Shown in pieces: positions 17,937-28,054 of a stretch of 53,800 bases of DNA (within the stretch, counting starts at the first letter, position 1; every line of letters starts with the position of its first letter). The notes under the pieces are model-generated. The model did not search any database and was not told where the DNA came from. It was given only the letters and a program-made list of their open reading frames with translations. The stretch covers positions 1-53,800 of the forward strand of contig JBILBZ010000001.1 in assembly GCA_044353425.1 (NCBI GenBank), in the 5' to 3' direction. Origin of the DNA: Ilumatobacteraceae bacterium. GTDB lineage: Bacteria > Actinomycetota > Acidimicrobiia > Acidimicrobiales > Ilumatobacteraceae. The position numbers and the translations under genes are program-made.

Positions 17937-19911
17937 GTAGCCGCTGACGCATGTCGTCAGGGGTGGATGCCGGCAGTAGGCACACATAATCGCGACAGAC
18001 ATAGGCCGCACCAGGTTCTCTTCCACTCCACAGTGGTGATTCTGTTGGAGTACCCCAGGCGAGTACTGCATGAGGTCGCCACTGTTCGCGATACACAGAG
18101 AGGAGTGGAGTCTCGGTTCCTGGAATGACGACTTCGGTTGTGCCGATGTGGAGAAGGAGCCCCGCAGCCAATGCATTGCCAAACGCCGATGGGGCATTGG
18201 GTGCGACACGAGCCAGCAAACGCAAGATGTCATGAGCGCGTTGCCTCAATGATTCATCTCCTGTGATTGCAGAAAGACGAAGGAGTGCCATTGCTGCGAC
18301 TGAGTTCGCAGACGGAGTGGCATTGTCCATGAGATCCTTTTGTCGGACAACGAGCTGTTCAGCTGTGCTGCCGACAGTAAAGAGCCCACCATGCTCTTCG
18401 TCCCAATGTTGTTCAATGAGGTGCTTCGCAGTGTCGATTGCGACGGTGAGCCATTCGTGATCTGCAGTCAGTTCGTACATTCGGGTCATCGCATCAACGA
18501 CATGAGCAAGGTCGTGGGCGAGTGCGCTATGCCGTGCAGATGGTGTGGCGTCGGATTGCCAACTGCGACGCCAGGAGCCATCAGGCATGCGGAGATTGTC
18601 AACGAGGAAACGGGCGTTGGCACTTGCCATTGCGATGTATGACGGGTCTTCGAATGCTGATGCAACTTCACACAACGACGAAAGCATCATCGCGTTCCAC
18701 TCCGTGAGCACTTTGTTGTCGAGGCCAGGTCGTGGGCGTTGAGAGCGAACAGCAAGCATTTCTTGCTGAGCAGTCACGATGTCTGTGGGGCGAATGATGT
18801 CGGCGCGTTGACGAATGCGGTTCGGAATCGACCGTCCTTCAAAATTGCCATCATCGCTGATGTCCCAGTACTGAAGCACAGTCTCTGCATCGCCGCTCAC
18901 TGCGCGACGAACTTCTGCAGGTGTCCATGTGTAGAACGCGCCTTCTTCGGAATGTCCATGCTCGTCTAATGAGTCCGCATCCTCAGCGCTGTAGAAGCCT
19001 CCGAGAGAATGGGTGAGGTCGCGAGCGATATAGGCAATGATCTCGCGAACGACTTGTTCATCGCGAGGTTCACTAGTCAGCTGCCAACTGTGCAAATACA
19101 CGCGGACAAGTAGGGCTTGGTCGTAGAGCATTTTCTCGAAGTGAGGAACAAGCCATTGATTGTCGACGCTGTACCGAGAGAATCCGCCACCTAAGTGGTC
19201 GTACATTCCACCAGCGGCCATGGCATCAAGAGATGTGCGCACAAGTGGCAGGAGAGTTGCGTCTTTATTCACGGAGTAAATCCGCATGAGTAGGTCGAGC
19301 GCAAACGTTGAAGGGAACTTAGGTGCACCACCGAATCCACCCCAGGTGGAATCAAAGTTGGCTCGTAAAGCATCAACTGTTGATGAGATAAGGCGGGGAG
19401 TGTCGATGTCGTCGGCAGGTTCAATGAGTGCGGTGCGACCGATTGACTCAACAAGTGCATCAACATTTTGTTGGAGTTCATCACGACGATTCGTCCATGC
19501 GTCGTCAACAGCATTCATGAGCTTCACAAATGTCTCGCGGGGGTAATACGTTCCGCCATAGAACGGTTCTCCATCAGGAGTTAGGAAGACTGTCATCGGC
19601 CATCCACCTCGTCCGGTGAGTGCCTGTACCGCATCCATGTACACAGCATCGACATCGGGTCGCTCTTCACGATCGACTTTGACATTGATGAACAATGAGT
19701 TCATGACAGATGCAGTGGCCTCGTCCTCAAAGCTTTCATGAGCCATGACATGGCACCAGTGACATGCGGAGTACCCGACAGACAACAAAATGGGCCGCCC
19801 CGTGCGACGCGCTTCTTCAAATGCGTCATCACCCCACTGATACCAGTGAACGGGATTGTCTCGATGTTGACGTAGGTACGGAGACGTTGCGTCGGCGAGA
19901 CGATTAGACAC
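17914..19911 (-). CDS. Thioredoxin-domain protein (DUF255/YyaL-type) with a C-terminal six-hairpin glycosidase-like domain
   Basis: N-terminal NPVHWYQWGDDAFEEARRTGRPILLSVGYSACHWCHVMAHESFED is the DUF255 signature. Length is 665 aa. Confidence 0.85.
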   Translation of the reverse strand: MSNRLADATSPYLRQHRDNPVHWYQWGDDAFEEARRTGRPILLSVGYSACHWCHVMAHESFEDEATASVMNSLFINVKVDREERPDVDAVYMDAVQALTGRGGWPMTVFLTPDGEPFYGGTYYPRETFVKLMNAVDDAWTNRRDELQQNVDALVESIGRTALIEPADDIDTPRLISSTVDALRANFDSTWGGFGGAPKFPSTFALDLLMRIYSVNKDATLLPLVRTSLDAMAAGGMYDHLGGGFSRYSVDNQWLVPHFEKMLYDQALLVRVYLHSWQLTSEPRDEQVVREIIAYIARDLTHSLGGFYSAEDADSLDEHGHSEEGAFYTWTPAEVRRAVSGDAETVLQYWDISDDGNFEGRSIPNRIRQRADIIRPTDIVTAQQEMLAVRSQRPRPGLDNKVLTEWNAMMLSSLCEVASAFEDPSYIAMASANARFLVDNLRMPDGSWRRSWQSDATPSARHSALAHDLAHVVDAMTRMYELTADHEWLTVAIDTAKHLIEQHWDEEHGGLFTVGSTAEQLVVRQKDLMDNATPSANSVAAMALLRLSAITGDESLRQRAHDILRLLARVAPNAPSAFGNALAAGLLLHIGTTEVVIPGTETPLLSVYREQWRPHAVLAWGTPTESPLWSGREPGAAYVCRDYVCLLPASTPDDMRQRLLTTENGE

Positions 19912-19917
19912 TGTGGT

Positions 19918-20685
19918 CTATGCGCCCATGGCGTGATAGCCGCCATCGACATGGATCACTTCGCCCGTTGTTGCGGGGAACCAATCTGACATCAGTGCAA
20001 GAACAGTCTTTGCCACAGGAGTGGAGTCAGTGACATCCCAGCCGAGAGGTGAGCGCTCATCCCAAATGTCTTCAAACTTCTTAAAGCCAGGAATTGATTT
20101 TGCAGCCATTGTCTTGATGGGGCCAGCGGCAACAAGATTGCATCGAATGCCACGAGGGCCGAGGTCTTTTGCGAGATAACGGTTTGTCGCTTCAAACGCT
20201 GCCTTGGCAACACCCATCCAGTTGTAGGCAGGCCACGCAACAGTGTTGTCAAAGTCGAGGCCAACGATGGTTGAGCCTGGCTGCATGAGAGGAAGGAAAG
20301 CATCGGCCATTGTTTTCAAGGAATACGCCGAGATCTCCATCGCAACGGCAACATCGCTCCATTGGGCAGCAAGGAAATCATCTCCGAGGCATACTTCGGG
20401 AGCAAAGCCGATGGCATGGAGAACACCGTCGACGCGACCGAGGGAGGCGCGCACTTGTTCACGAACTGTTACCACGTGCTCTGCATTGGTGACATCGAAC
20501 TCAAAAACCTCAACAGGGGAGTCGAGCTTGCGGGCTGTGCGCTGAGTGAGCGAAAGTGCCCGACCTGCGCCCGTGAGCACGATTTCGGCTCCTTCGCGCT
20601 GCGCAAGCTGTGCGACTCGAAAGGCGAGAGACGCATCTGTCAATACGCCAGTCACCACAATTTTCTTACCGTCAAGAAGTCCCAT
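19918..20685 (-). CDS. fabI: NADH-dependent enoyl-ACP reductase (FabI/InhA type)
   Basis: N-terminal LLDGKKIVVTGVLTDASLAFRVAQLAQREGAEIVLTG closely resembles InhA. SDR fold, C-terminal GEVIHVDGGYH. Confidence 0.88.
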   Translation of the reverse strand: MGLLDGKKIVVTGVLTDASLAFRVAQLAQREGAEIVLTGAGRALSLTQRTARKLDSPVEVFEFDVTNAEHVVTVREQVRASLGRVDGVLHAIGFAPEVCLGDDFLAAQWSDVAVAMEISAYSLKTMADAFLPLMQPGSTIVGLDFDNTVAWPAYNWMGVAKAAFEATNRYLAKDLGPRGIRCNLVAAGPIKTMAAKSIPGFKKFEDIWDERSPLGWDVTDSTPVAKTVLALMSDWFPATTGEVIHVDGGYHAMGA

Positions 20686-20713
20686 GCTTATGACCGTAGT
20701 TCGGTAGGGGTCT

Positions 20714-21406
20714 ATGTGTAAGGCTCTATCAATGCGTATTGGAATCCTCGGAGGAACCGGGCCTGCCGGAAGTGCCCTCGGCGCTCGATTGGCGTCGGTT
20801 GGCTATGAAGTCGTTATTGGTTCTCGATCAAAGTATCGAGCACTTGAGGCAGTTGATGGCCTGAAGGCCAAGTGGCCAGCATTGAATCTGGCCATCGAGG
20901 CCGGGGACAACGAAGCCGCATCTGCGTGCGACGTGGTTGTGCTTGCCACTCCATGGGAAGGTGCCGCGACCACTGCTCAAGAACACATTGGACTGCTGGC
21001 GGGGAAAGTCGTGATCAGCATGGCCAACGCTCTCGTTCGTGTTGGTCACGAGTTCCAGCCCCTGATGCCTCCTCGTGGAAGTGTGGCGGCTCATGTTCAG
21101 GCTGCAGTTCCAGAGTGCCGCGTGGTTGCTGCGTTCCATCACCTGCCTGCAACTGAATTGGGCCACCTCGGTGATCCCATCGATTCAGATGTTCTCATTT
21201 GTTCGGACGACGATGACGCAAAGCGCATCACGATGGAGATCACGGAGAAGATTCCTGGTTGCCGCCCCCTTGATGCAGGTGAATTGTCAAATGCGACAGC
21301 TATTGAAGCGTTTACCGCAGTGCTCTTGCAGCTCAATGTTCGCTACAAGACACGAGTGGCACCGAAGTTGACCGGCATCAAGAAGGACCCACGGGCGAAG
21401 GCCTGA
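20714..21406 (+). CDS. npdG: NADPH-dependent F420 reductase (NpdG/FNO family)
   Basis: Rossmann start MRIGILGGTGPAGSALGARLASVGYEVVIGSRS and about 225 aa in length. The start could be ATG 20732. Confidence 0.7.
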   Translation: MCKALSMRIGILGGTGPAGSALGARLASVGYEVVIGSRSKYRALEAVDGLKAKWPALNLAIEAGDNEAASACDVVVLATPWEGAATTAQEHIGLLAGKVVISMANALVRVGHEFQPLMPPRGSVAAHVQAAVPECRVVAAFHHLPATELGHLGDPIDSDVLICSDDDDAKRITMEITEKIPGCRPLDAGELSNATAIEAFTAVLLQLNVRYKTRVAPKLTGIKKDPRAKA

Positions 21407-21411
21407 TTCCT

Positions 21412-22557
21412 ATGTCCATGAGGTTGTACGACACGGCGCGCCGCGAAGTCGTTCCGTTCACCCCAGGTGAAACTGTCCTCATGTACACCTGTGGCATCAC
21501 GCCATACGATGCCACGCACCTTGGTCATGCATCCACATTCCTGATGTACGACATTGTGCAGCGTCGTCTCATCGACCTCGGACACACCGTGAAGTGTGTT
21601 CGAAACGTGACTGATGTTGATGATCCTTTGTTTGCGAAGGCACGTGAGCTCGGTGTTCATTACCTGGACTTGGCAGCAGGAGAAGAAGCTCGCTTTAACC
21701 GTGACATGGTTGCGTTGAATGCGCTTCCAGTTTTCAGTACTCCGCGTGCATCGTCGGCCATCACCGATATCCGTAAGTTCATTGGTGAGGTTCTTGATCG
21801 TGGATTCGCATACGCATCCGGTGGATCCGTGTACTTCGATGTCTCAAAGTCCCCATCCTTTGGTGACATCTCGCATTATTCACACGAGCAAATGATTGAG
21901 TTTGCTCGTCAACGCGGCGGCAATGTTGACGACCCTCATAAGCGCAATCCATTGGACTTCGTATTGTGGCACCCATCTGCTGAAGATGAACCTGCGTGGG
22001 AGACCGCTTGGGGTGCTGGTCGCCCTGGCTGGCACATCGAGTGTTCCGCACTTGCACTTCGCGAGCTCGGTACGACAATCGATCTTCACGGCGGCGGAAG
22101 CGATCTGATATTCCCGCATCACGAATGTGAACGTGCTCAGTCTGAAGCCGCGACTGGCGAGACTTTTGTCAAGCATTGGATGCATGTAGCGATGGTGTTT
22201 AAAGACGGCGAGAAGATGTCAAAGAGTCTCGGCAATCTTGTATTTGTAGACAAGCTCCGTACTGAATGGGATCCACGTTCAATCCGCATGGCGATTATTG
22301 AGCACAGCTACCGCAACGAGTGGGAGTGGGATGACGAACTCATGCCGCGTAATCATGCTCGTCTTGTTGCTTGGAAGGGTTCCGTTGGTGGAACAACCTC
22401 CGATGTACTGGACCAAGTTCGTGCATGTCTTGACAATGATCTCGACACACCAAGTGCCGTTGCCACAATCGATTCGTCAGCAGCACGAGGCCATGATGTG
22501 TCAGCGGCCGCGTCGCTCTTGGGCGTTGAGTTGGCTGACCCTATAGGTCCTCGATAG
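21412..22557 (+). CDS. mshC: L-cysteine:1D-myo-inositol 2-amino-2-deoxy-alpha-D-glucopyranoside ligase (mycothiol ligase)
   Basis: CysRS-like catalytic core (CGITPYDATHLGHA, NVTDVDDPLF, GRPGWHIECSA, GGGSDLIFPHHE, KMSKSLGN) but only 381 aa. It lacks the CysRS anticodon-binding extension. The overall pattern matches my recollection of mycobacterial MshC. Confidence 0.85.
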   Translation: MSMRLYDTARREVVPFTPGETVLMYTCGITPYDATHLGHASTFLMYDIVQRRLIDLGHTVKCVRNVTDVDDPLFAKARELGVHYLDLAAGEEARFNRDMVALNALPVFSTPRASSAITDIRKFIGEVLDRGFAYASGGSVYFDVSKSPSFGDISHYSHEQMIEFARQRGGNVDDPHKRNPLDFVLWHPSAEDEPAWETAWGAGRPGWHIECSALALRELGTTIDLHGGGSDLIFPHHECERAQSEAATGETFVKHWMHVAMVFKDGEKMSKSLGNLVFVDKLRTEWDPRSIRMAIIEHSYRNEWEWDDELMPRNHARLVAWKGSVGGTTSDVLDQVRACLDNDLDTPSAVATIDSSAARGHDVSAAASLLGVELADPIGPR

Positions 22558-22633
22558 CCCGTTTTCATTCCCCGAGGACTGATTCCCTGGTGCCGTTCAC
22601 GGCCTTCTGAATAAGGGGTAATGTTCGCTCGGG

Positions 22634-23386
22634 ATGACTCCGCTCAATACTTCAGAACCTGCAGGCATTAGTTCTGCAGCATTGCCAGGAACTGGCAGAG
22701 CGCAGCATCGTGTGCGTCGTGTCATTCGGCCGGTGTTGAACAGTTTTTGGAAAGTCACACTTGAAGGGTTGGAGAACATTCCAGTCGAAGGTCCAGCAAT
22801 TCTGTGTCCAAACCACATCAGTTTTTTCGATTCTGTATTCACGATGGTGTATGCCGGTCGGCAGATCAGTTTTGTTGGTAAAGCCGAGTACATGGATTCA
22901 TGGAAGACGAAACACTTATTCCCAGCGTTAGGCATGATCCCTATTGATCGTGCTGGTGGTTCAAAAAGCGAAGGCGCATTGATCGCAGCTGAGAATGTTC
23001 TGCGACGTGGGGAACTTTTTGGAATTTATCCAGAGGGCACACGCAGTAGAGACGGAATTCTGTACAAGGGTCATACAGGAGCGGCACGGCTTGCAGTGAA
23101 ATTAGGGTGTCCCATCATCCCCGTGGGCATCATCGGTACGCGAGAGATTCAGCCACCCGACAAGGTTCTGCCCAGGATTGGCCTGCAATGCACTGTCAAA
23201 TTTGGCCAGCCAATTCTTCCGCAGCGGTATCTCGACCGCGGTGACGACCATTTAGTGTTGCGCGAATTGACCGATGAATTGATGTTCGAGATTCGTGAAT
23301 TGACGGGCCAGGAGTACAAAAATGTGTACGCCACGAAGAAGGCGGAGTCTTTGCCCACCGAGCAGGCGGTCATTACAGCCTCATAA
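22634..23386 (+). CDS. plsC: 1-acyl-sn-glycerol-3-phosphate acyltransferase family protein
   Basis: HX4D motif (NHISFFDS) and FGIYPEGTRSRDG. Confidence 0.85.
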   Translation: MTPLNTSEPAGISSAALPGTGRAQHRVRRVIRPVLNSFWKVTLEGLENIPVEGPAILCPNHISFFDSVFTMVYAGRQISFVGKAEYMDSWKTKHLFPALGMIPIDRAGGSKSEGALIAAENVLRRGELFGIYPEGTRSRDGILYKGHTGAARLAVKLGCPIIPVGIIGTREIQPPDKVLPRIGLQCTVKFGQPILPQRYLDRGDDHLVLRELTDELMFEIRELTGQEYKNVYATKKAESLPTEQAVITAS

Positions 23387-23430
23387 TGAGGGGGTTCTCG
23401 CCCCAACCCACTCCGTAGAATGGGAGTCTC

Positions 23431-25407
23431 ATGGCTGATATTTCCGTTCTCCTTCCGGATGGGTCTTCCCGTTCATTGCCGCAGGGCGCCAGTGTTGCTG
23501 ACCTCGCTGCGTCCATCGGATCCCGCTTAGCCAAAGCTGCAGTGGCTGGCACGATCAACGGCACAGAAGTCGATCTCACCGCACCACTCACGAACGGTGT
23601 CACGGTGTCCGTGATTACTGACAACAGCGATGAAGGTCGCCACGTTCTACGTCACTCAACTGCGCATGTTTTGGCGCAAGCAGTCGTCCAGTTGTTCCCT
23701 GGTGCGCAGTTCTCTATCGGACCAGCTATCGAAGACGGTTTCTATTACGACTTTGAGTTGCCTGGTGGGCGCACATTCTCCGATGATGATTTGGCTGCGA
23801 TTGAAGCTCGTATGCGCGAAATCATGAAGGCCAATCAGCCGTTCGTTCGTTCAGAAATGTCTGCGGCTGATGCCTTGACACTCTTTGCATCGCAGAAATA
23901 CAAGTGCGAGATCATTGAGCGCGTCACTTCCGGAGCTGCAGATGGAAGTGACGCCGCTGAAGTAGGGGACAGTGACACGATCAGTGTGTACCGCAACACG
24001 GACGAGTTTGTTGATCTGTGTCGTGGGCCTCATGTGCCGACAACTTCCAAGCTCGGTCACTTTGCGTTGATGAAGGTTGCAGGCGCCTATTGGCGAGGTA
24101 ACGAAAAAGGTCCGATGCTGCAGCGCATCTACGGCACCGCATGGGAGTCAGATGCCGCAGTGAAAGAACATCTTCATCGTCTTGAAGAAGCAGCGAAGCG
24201 CGATCACCGTCGTCTCGCCAACGAACTCGATCTCTTGTCGTTCCCTACGGAACTCGGAGGCGGTCTTGCGGTGTGGCATCCGAAGGGTGCGATTGTTCGC
24301 AAACTGATGGAGGACTACAGCCGTCAGCGTCACCAAGATGGCGACTATCAGTTCGTGTACACCCCGCATCTTGCCAATGCGAACCTTTTCGCAAAGTCGG
24401 GCCACCTCGACTTCTACGCCGACGGCATGTATCCGCCGATGGAGATGGACAACGGCACGTATTACATGAAGCCGATGAATTGTCCGATGCACTGTCTTAT
24501 TTTCGACAGTCGTCAACGCAGTTACCGAGAACTACCTCTTCGTCTCTTTGAATTGGGCAATGTGTATCGCTATGAGCGCGCAGGCACCTTGCATGGTCTC
24601 TTGCGTATTCGCGGATTCACGCAGGACGATAGCCATATCTATTGCACTGAAGAGCAGATGGCCGATGAGATTGCATCGCTTCTTGATTTCATCATGTCAG
24701 TTCTGCGTCGATTTGGTTTTGAAGACTTTGAGTTCAATCTCTCAACTCGTGACCCCGAAAAGTCCGTCGGTTCCGATGAGATTTGGGAGAAGGCCACAGC
24801 AGCGTTGAAAGAAGCTCTTGACCGCCACGGTGTGCAGTACAAGATGAAGGAAGGCGATGCTGCTTTCTATGGTCCAAAGATCGACATCGACGTTCGCGAC
24901 GCAATCGGACGCAAGTGGCAGTTGAGCACGATCCAGTGTGACTTCAACCTTCCAGAGCGCTTTGAACTTGAGTACATCGGTTCAGATGGTGCTCGTCATC
25001 GACCCATCATGTTGCACCGTGCCTTGTTCGGTTCGATTGAGCGTTTCTTTGGTGTTCTCATAGAGCACTATGCAGGCGCTTTCCCTACATGGTTGTCGCC
25101 CGAGCAAGTTCGCGTGCTGCCCGTTGCGTTGGCGCACGATGCATATGCTCAGCAAGTTGTTACGCAGATGAAAGCAGCAGGACTGCGTGTCGATATCGAT
25201 CATGCTGATGAACAACTCGGGAAGCGCATTCGCAATGCAAAGACCAGCAAAGTTCCATATGTCCTGGTGGTCGGAGATGATGATGTTGCTCATGGGACTG
25301 TCGGTGTGAATCCACGCGGTGGCGAAGTTGAACGTGATGTCACAGTTACTGAATTCCTCGATCGCATTGCACGTGAGGTTGCTGAAGGGCAATCAGGCGG
25401 ACAATAG
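23431..25407 (+). CDS. thrS: Threonine--tRNA ligase
   Basis: TGS domain N-terminus, editing-domain HSTAHVLAQA, class II core (RGFTQDDSHIY, QCDFNLPERF) and anticodon domain. Length is 658 aa. Confidence 0.97.
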   Translation: MADISVLLPDGSSRSLPQGASVADLAASIGSRLAKAAVAGTINGTEVDLTAPLTNGVTVSVITDNSDEGRHVLRHSTAHVLAQAVVQLFPGAQFSIGPAIEDGFYYDFELPGGRTFSDDDLAAIEARMREIMKANQPFVRSEMSAADALTLFASQKYKCEIIERVTSGAADGSDAAEVGDSDTISVYRNTDEFVDLCRGPHVPTTSKLGHFALMKVAGAYWRGNEKGPMLQRIYGTAWESDAAVKEHLHRLEEAAKRDHRRLANELDLLSFPTELGGGLAVWHPKGAIVRKLMEDYSRQRHQDGDYQFVYTPHLANANLFAKSGHLDFYADGMYPPMEMDNGTYYMKPMNCPMHCLIFDSRQRSYRELPLRLFELGNVYRYERAGTLHGLLRIRGFTQDDSHIYCTEEQMADEIASLLDFIMSVLRRFGFEDFEFNLSTRDPEKSVGSDEIWEKATAALKEALDRHGVQYKMKEGDAAFYGPKIDIDVRDAIGRKWQLSTIQCDFNLPERFELEYIGSDGARHRPIMLHRALFGSIERFFGVLIEHYAGAFPTWLSPEQVRVLPVALAHDAYAQQVVTQMKAAGLRVDIDHADEQLGKRIRNAKTSKVPYVLVVGDDDVAHGTVGVNPRGGEVERDVTVTEFLDRIAREVAEGQSGGQ

Positions 25408-25920
25408 ATGTCGCTCGAACAATTGTGGAACGGCTGGCGGGCCGAGTATGTGGGGCAGGGGACTGCTCAATCGTCAGACGATTCGCAATCAGTTTTCACA
25501 CGCATTCTGAACTCTCAGTTGTCTGATGAAGACAGTCATATTGTTCATCGCTCGGAGCTTTCCTTCGTCATCCTCAATGCATTTCCATATTCCTCAGGTC
25601 ATCTCTTGGTTTTGCCTTTTCGAGAGGTTGCTCACTTGGAAGATCTCAGCGCCGATGAATCACGAGATCTTTGGTCAAATGTCACGAATGCCACTGTCGC
25701 ATTGAAGAAATCCCATACTCCCGATGCGTTGAACGTGGGAATCAACCTTGGGGCGGCTGCGGGTGGCAGTATTGCTCGTCACCTTCATGTGCATGTAGTT
25801 CCCCGTTGGAATGGGGATTCAAACTTCATGACATCAGTGGCAGACACTCGCACAATTCCAGAACCACTCTCGCTCACGGCATCAAAAGTTCGTGCTGCAT
25901 GGCCCAAGGGGGACCAATGA
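25408..25920 (+). CDS. HIT family protein (Ap4A phosphorylase-like)
   Basis: Histidine triad HLHVHVVPRWNGD and AFPYSSGHLLVLP. The gene starts immediately after the thrS stop, as in the mycobacterial thrS-HIT-pgsA1 arrangement. Confidence 0.88.
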   Translation: MSLEQLWNGWRAEYVGQGTAQSSDDSQSVFTRILNSQLSDEDSHIVHRSELSFVILNAFPYSSGHLLVLPFREVAHLEDLSADESRDLWSNVTNATVALKKSHTPDALNVGINLGAAAGGSIARHLHVHVVPRWNGDSNFMTSVADTRTIPEPLSLTASKVRAAWPKGDQ

Positions 25921-26423
25921 CCGACGATATTCGTGACGAACTTCCCGACGACTTGAATGCTGTCGACAATGTTGCTGCCTACGACTTCCCCGATAACAGT
26001 CGTCGCCGTATTCCAGGCATTCTCTACGGCATCATCGCCATCTTGTGTCTTGTTGCCTGGCAAGTCGGTACTTCAAATGATTCTGTTCTGGTAAACCGCG
26101 GATTGTTGTTCGGAGCATGTCTTCTCGGTGCAATGGCGATCATCAGTTTCACCAGTGGTTGGCGGATGACGATTGATGAGTCAGAGGCTCTCGTTCTCGC
26201 AACTCGAAAAGTTGGATTCCCAGTCGGCCATGCATCTGCTCAGCAGGTGTGGCGTGGTCTTCGTAGTCGCCCAACCTGGCGCATCTTTTGTTACAGCGTG
26301 GAAGAGCCACCCCTTCAGCGTGGACTCGTTCTTGTTGATGCTGTCAACGGAGACATCGTTGAATGTCTTGTAGAGGCGAATCCTGACGCTGAATCCACTT
26401 CCGAATCGTCCACGCAGGACTAG
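25917..26423 (+). CDS. Hypothetical two-TM membrane protein
   Basis: ATGA start/stop overlap with the HIT gene. Two hydrophobic helices (IPGILYGIIAILCLVAWQV and LLFGACLLGAMAIISFTSGW) are followed by a soluble domain of about 90 aa. The 5' extension in the track ORF (25671) overlaps the HIT gene and is rejected. Confidence 0.65.
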   Translation: MTDDIRDELPDDLNAVDNVAAYDFPDNSRRRIPGILYGIIAILCLVAWQVGTSNDSVLVNRGLLFGACLLGAMAIISFTSGWRMTIDESEALVLATRKVGFPVGHASAQQVWRGLRSRPTWRIFCYSVEEPPLQRGLVLVDAVNGDIVECLVEANPDAESTSESSTQD

Positions 26424-26433
26424 CGTTCTCTCA

Positions 26434-27138
26434 ATGTTTGACGGCAGATTCAGAACGCCCATTGAAAAGGCAGTGCGTCCTGTGGGCATGTTGTTGCGCC
26501 GCACCGGAATGTCGCCGGACCATCTCACAATTCTTGGAATTCTTTTTGCCATAGCTGCAGCCTTTGCGATTGGTAATGGCGCCTTGCAAGGTGGGCTTGC
26601 CTTGGTGATCCTTGCTGCACTACCTGACATGCTTGATGGAGCTTTGGCAAAGGCATCGAACACTGCAAGTCAGCGCGGAGCATTCTTTGACTCTGTTGTC
26701 GACCGAGTAACCGATTCGGTTCTGTTCGGTGGTGTTGCGTGGTTCTTCGCGTCTGAGAAGTCTCCACATCTGGCGCTTCTGCCGATGGCAATCATGGGTG
26801 TTTCGTCATTGATTTCCTATGAGCGAGCAAAGGCCGAGGCATTGGGCTTATATGCCAAGGGTGGCCTGATGGAGCGCGCAGAACGAATCATCGTTTTGTG
26901 CATTGGGCTTTTATTTGATTCGCTCTTAGTTCCCATTTTGTGGGTCATGCTTGTCCTGACGGTTGCTACTGCTATCCAGCGCTTTGTTCAGGTGTGGCGT
27001 CAAGCAGAGGTTTCTTCAACAACGCAGGCAAAGAGAGACGTGCGTTCAGTGCGTCGAATGTCTCGTCAGAGTGCTCGCGCATCACGGCGCCAACTGTCGG
27101 TCGTGTCACGACAGCGCAAGCGTCAACGCAATGGCTAA
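26434..27138 (+). CDS. pgsA: CDP-alcohol phosphatidyltransferase (phosphatidylinositol-phosphate synthase, PgsA1-like)
   Basis: CDP-OH-P transferase motif DMLDGALAK...GAFFDSVVDRVTD, multiple TM helices, and position after thrS-HIT. Confidence 0.85.
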   Translation: MFDGRFRTPIEKAVRPVGMLLRRTGMSPDHLTILGILFAIAAAFAIGNGALQGGLALVILAALPDMLDGALAKASNTASQRGAFFDSVVDRVTDSVLFGGVAWFFASEKSPHLALLPMAIMGVSSLISYERAKAEALGLYAKGGLMERAERIIVLCIGLLFDSLLVPILWVMLVLTVATAIQRFVQVWRQAEVSSTTQAKRDVRSVRRMSRQSARASRRQLSVVSRQRKRQRNG

Positions 27139-28054
27139 TCCATTCGACGAACTCACGAACTCATTGACAGTGAGTGGCTACAAGCTGGGTTCTTTGATTG
27201 CCAAGGTGACGCCCGGCCCGATTGCTCAAGGTGCAGCTGCTTTGTTAGCTCCCGGTATCGCACTTTCTTTACGCAGTAAACGTCTCATGGTGGAGCGTCA
27301 CCTACAGCGTGTCAACCCATCCTTGAAGGGGTTGGCACTACGTCGTGCCTCGCAGCAAGCATTTGATAGCTATATGCGGTATTACACCGAGAGCTTCCGC
27401 TTACCCAATCTTTCAAAGAAGCATGTTGATCGATGCTTCAGCGTTGACGGTTTTCATCACATTGAAGAAGCGTTAGAAGCGGGGAATGGAGCGATTCTTG
27501 CTCTGCCGCATCTCGGTGGTTGGGAATGGGCTGGTCGTTGGATGGCTGATCGTGGTCACCGGATGACGGTGATTGTGGAGCCACTGAATCCGCCCGAGTT
27601 GTTTGAATGGTTTACAAAGTTGCGCAGTGACTTAGGAATGAACGTGGTTTCACTCGGGCCTGCTGCTGCACCGACAATTCTCGGTGCATTGAAGCGCAAT
27701 GAGATTGTGTGCCTCTTGTCTGACAGAGATATTCAAGGTGGTGGCATCGAGGTTGATTTCTTCGGAGAAAAGACCACGCTTCCTGCTGGACCAGCCATGC
27801 TGGGCATTCGGGCGAATACAGCGGTACTTCCTGTAGCTACGTATTTCACCAACGCGGTCGATGGTCACCATGCTGTAATACGTCCGCCACTACCTCTCGA
27901 CAGAGAAGGAAAACTTCGGGCTGCAATTACGGCCGGAACTCAAGCGCTTGCAGTTGAGCTAGAAGGACTGATTCGTCGCGCACCCGAACAATGGCATCTG
28001 TTCCAACCGAACTGGCCAAGCGACCCCGGCTACGGGGATCACTTTGTTGCGTGA
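27131..28054 (+). CDS. patA: Lipid A biosynthesis (LpxL/HtrB)-family acyltransferase, PIM acyltransferase PatA-like
   Basis: ATG 27131 overlaps the pgsA stop by 8 nt. The protein has LPHLGGWEWAG and PAGPAMLG segments, and the gene sits between the PI synthase and (after the ars insertion) pimA. Confidence 0.75.
   Translation: MANPFDELTNSLTVSGYKLGSLIAKVTPGPIAQGAAALLAPGIALSLRSKRLMVERHLQRVNPSLKGLALRRASQQAFDSYMRYYTESFRLPNLSKKHVDRCFSVDGFHHIEEALEAGNGAILALPHLGGWEWAGRWMADRGHRMTVIVEPLNPPELFEWFTKLRSDLGMNVVSLGPAAAPTILGALKRNEIVCLLSDRDIQGGGIEVDFFGEKTTLPAGPAMLGIRANTAVLPVATYFTNAVDGHHAVIRPPLPLDREGKLRAAITAGTQALAVELEGLIRRAPEQWHLFQPNWPSDPGYGDHFVA

Noticed and set aside
25671-25916. 5' extensions of track ORFs that overlap the preceding gene. 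This one lies over the HIT gene; others are 26963-27130, 32720-32884, 33939-34031, 34888-34965, 37848-37898, 40876-41055 and 28445-28471.
   Set aside because: In every case an internal ATG or GTG placed at or just after the upstream stop gives a product that begins where the protein family begins, for example a lipoprotein signal peptide, the PdxS N-terminus or the YajC TM segment. The extensions translate to Cys/Arg/His-rich nonsense.
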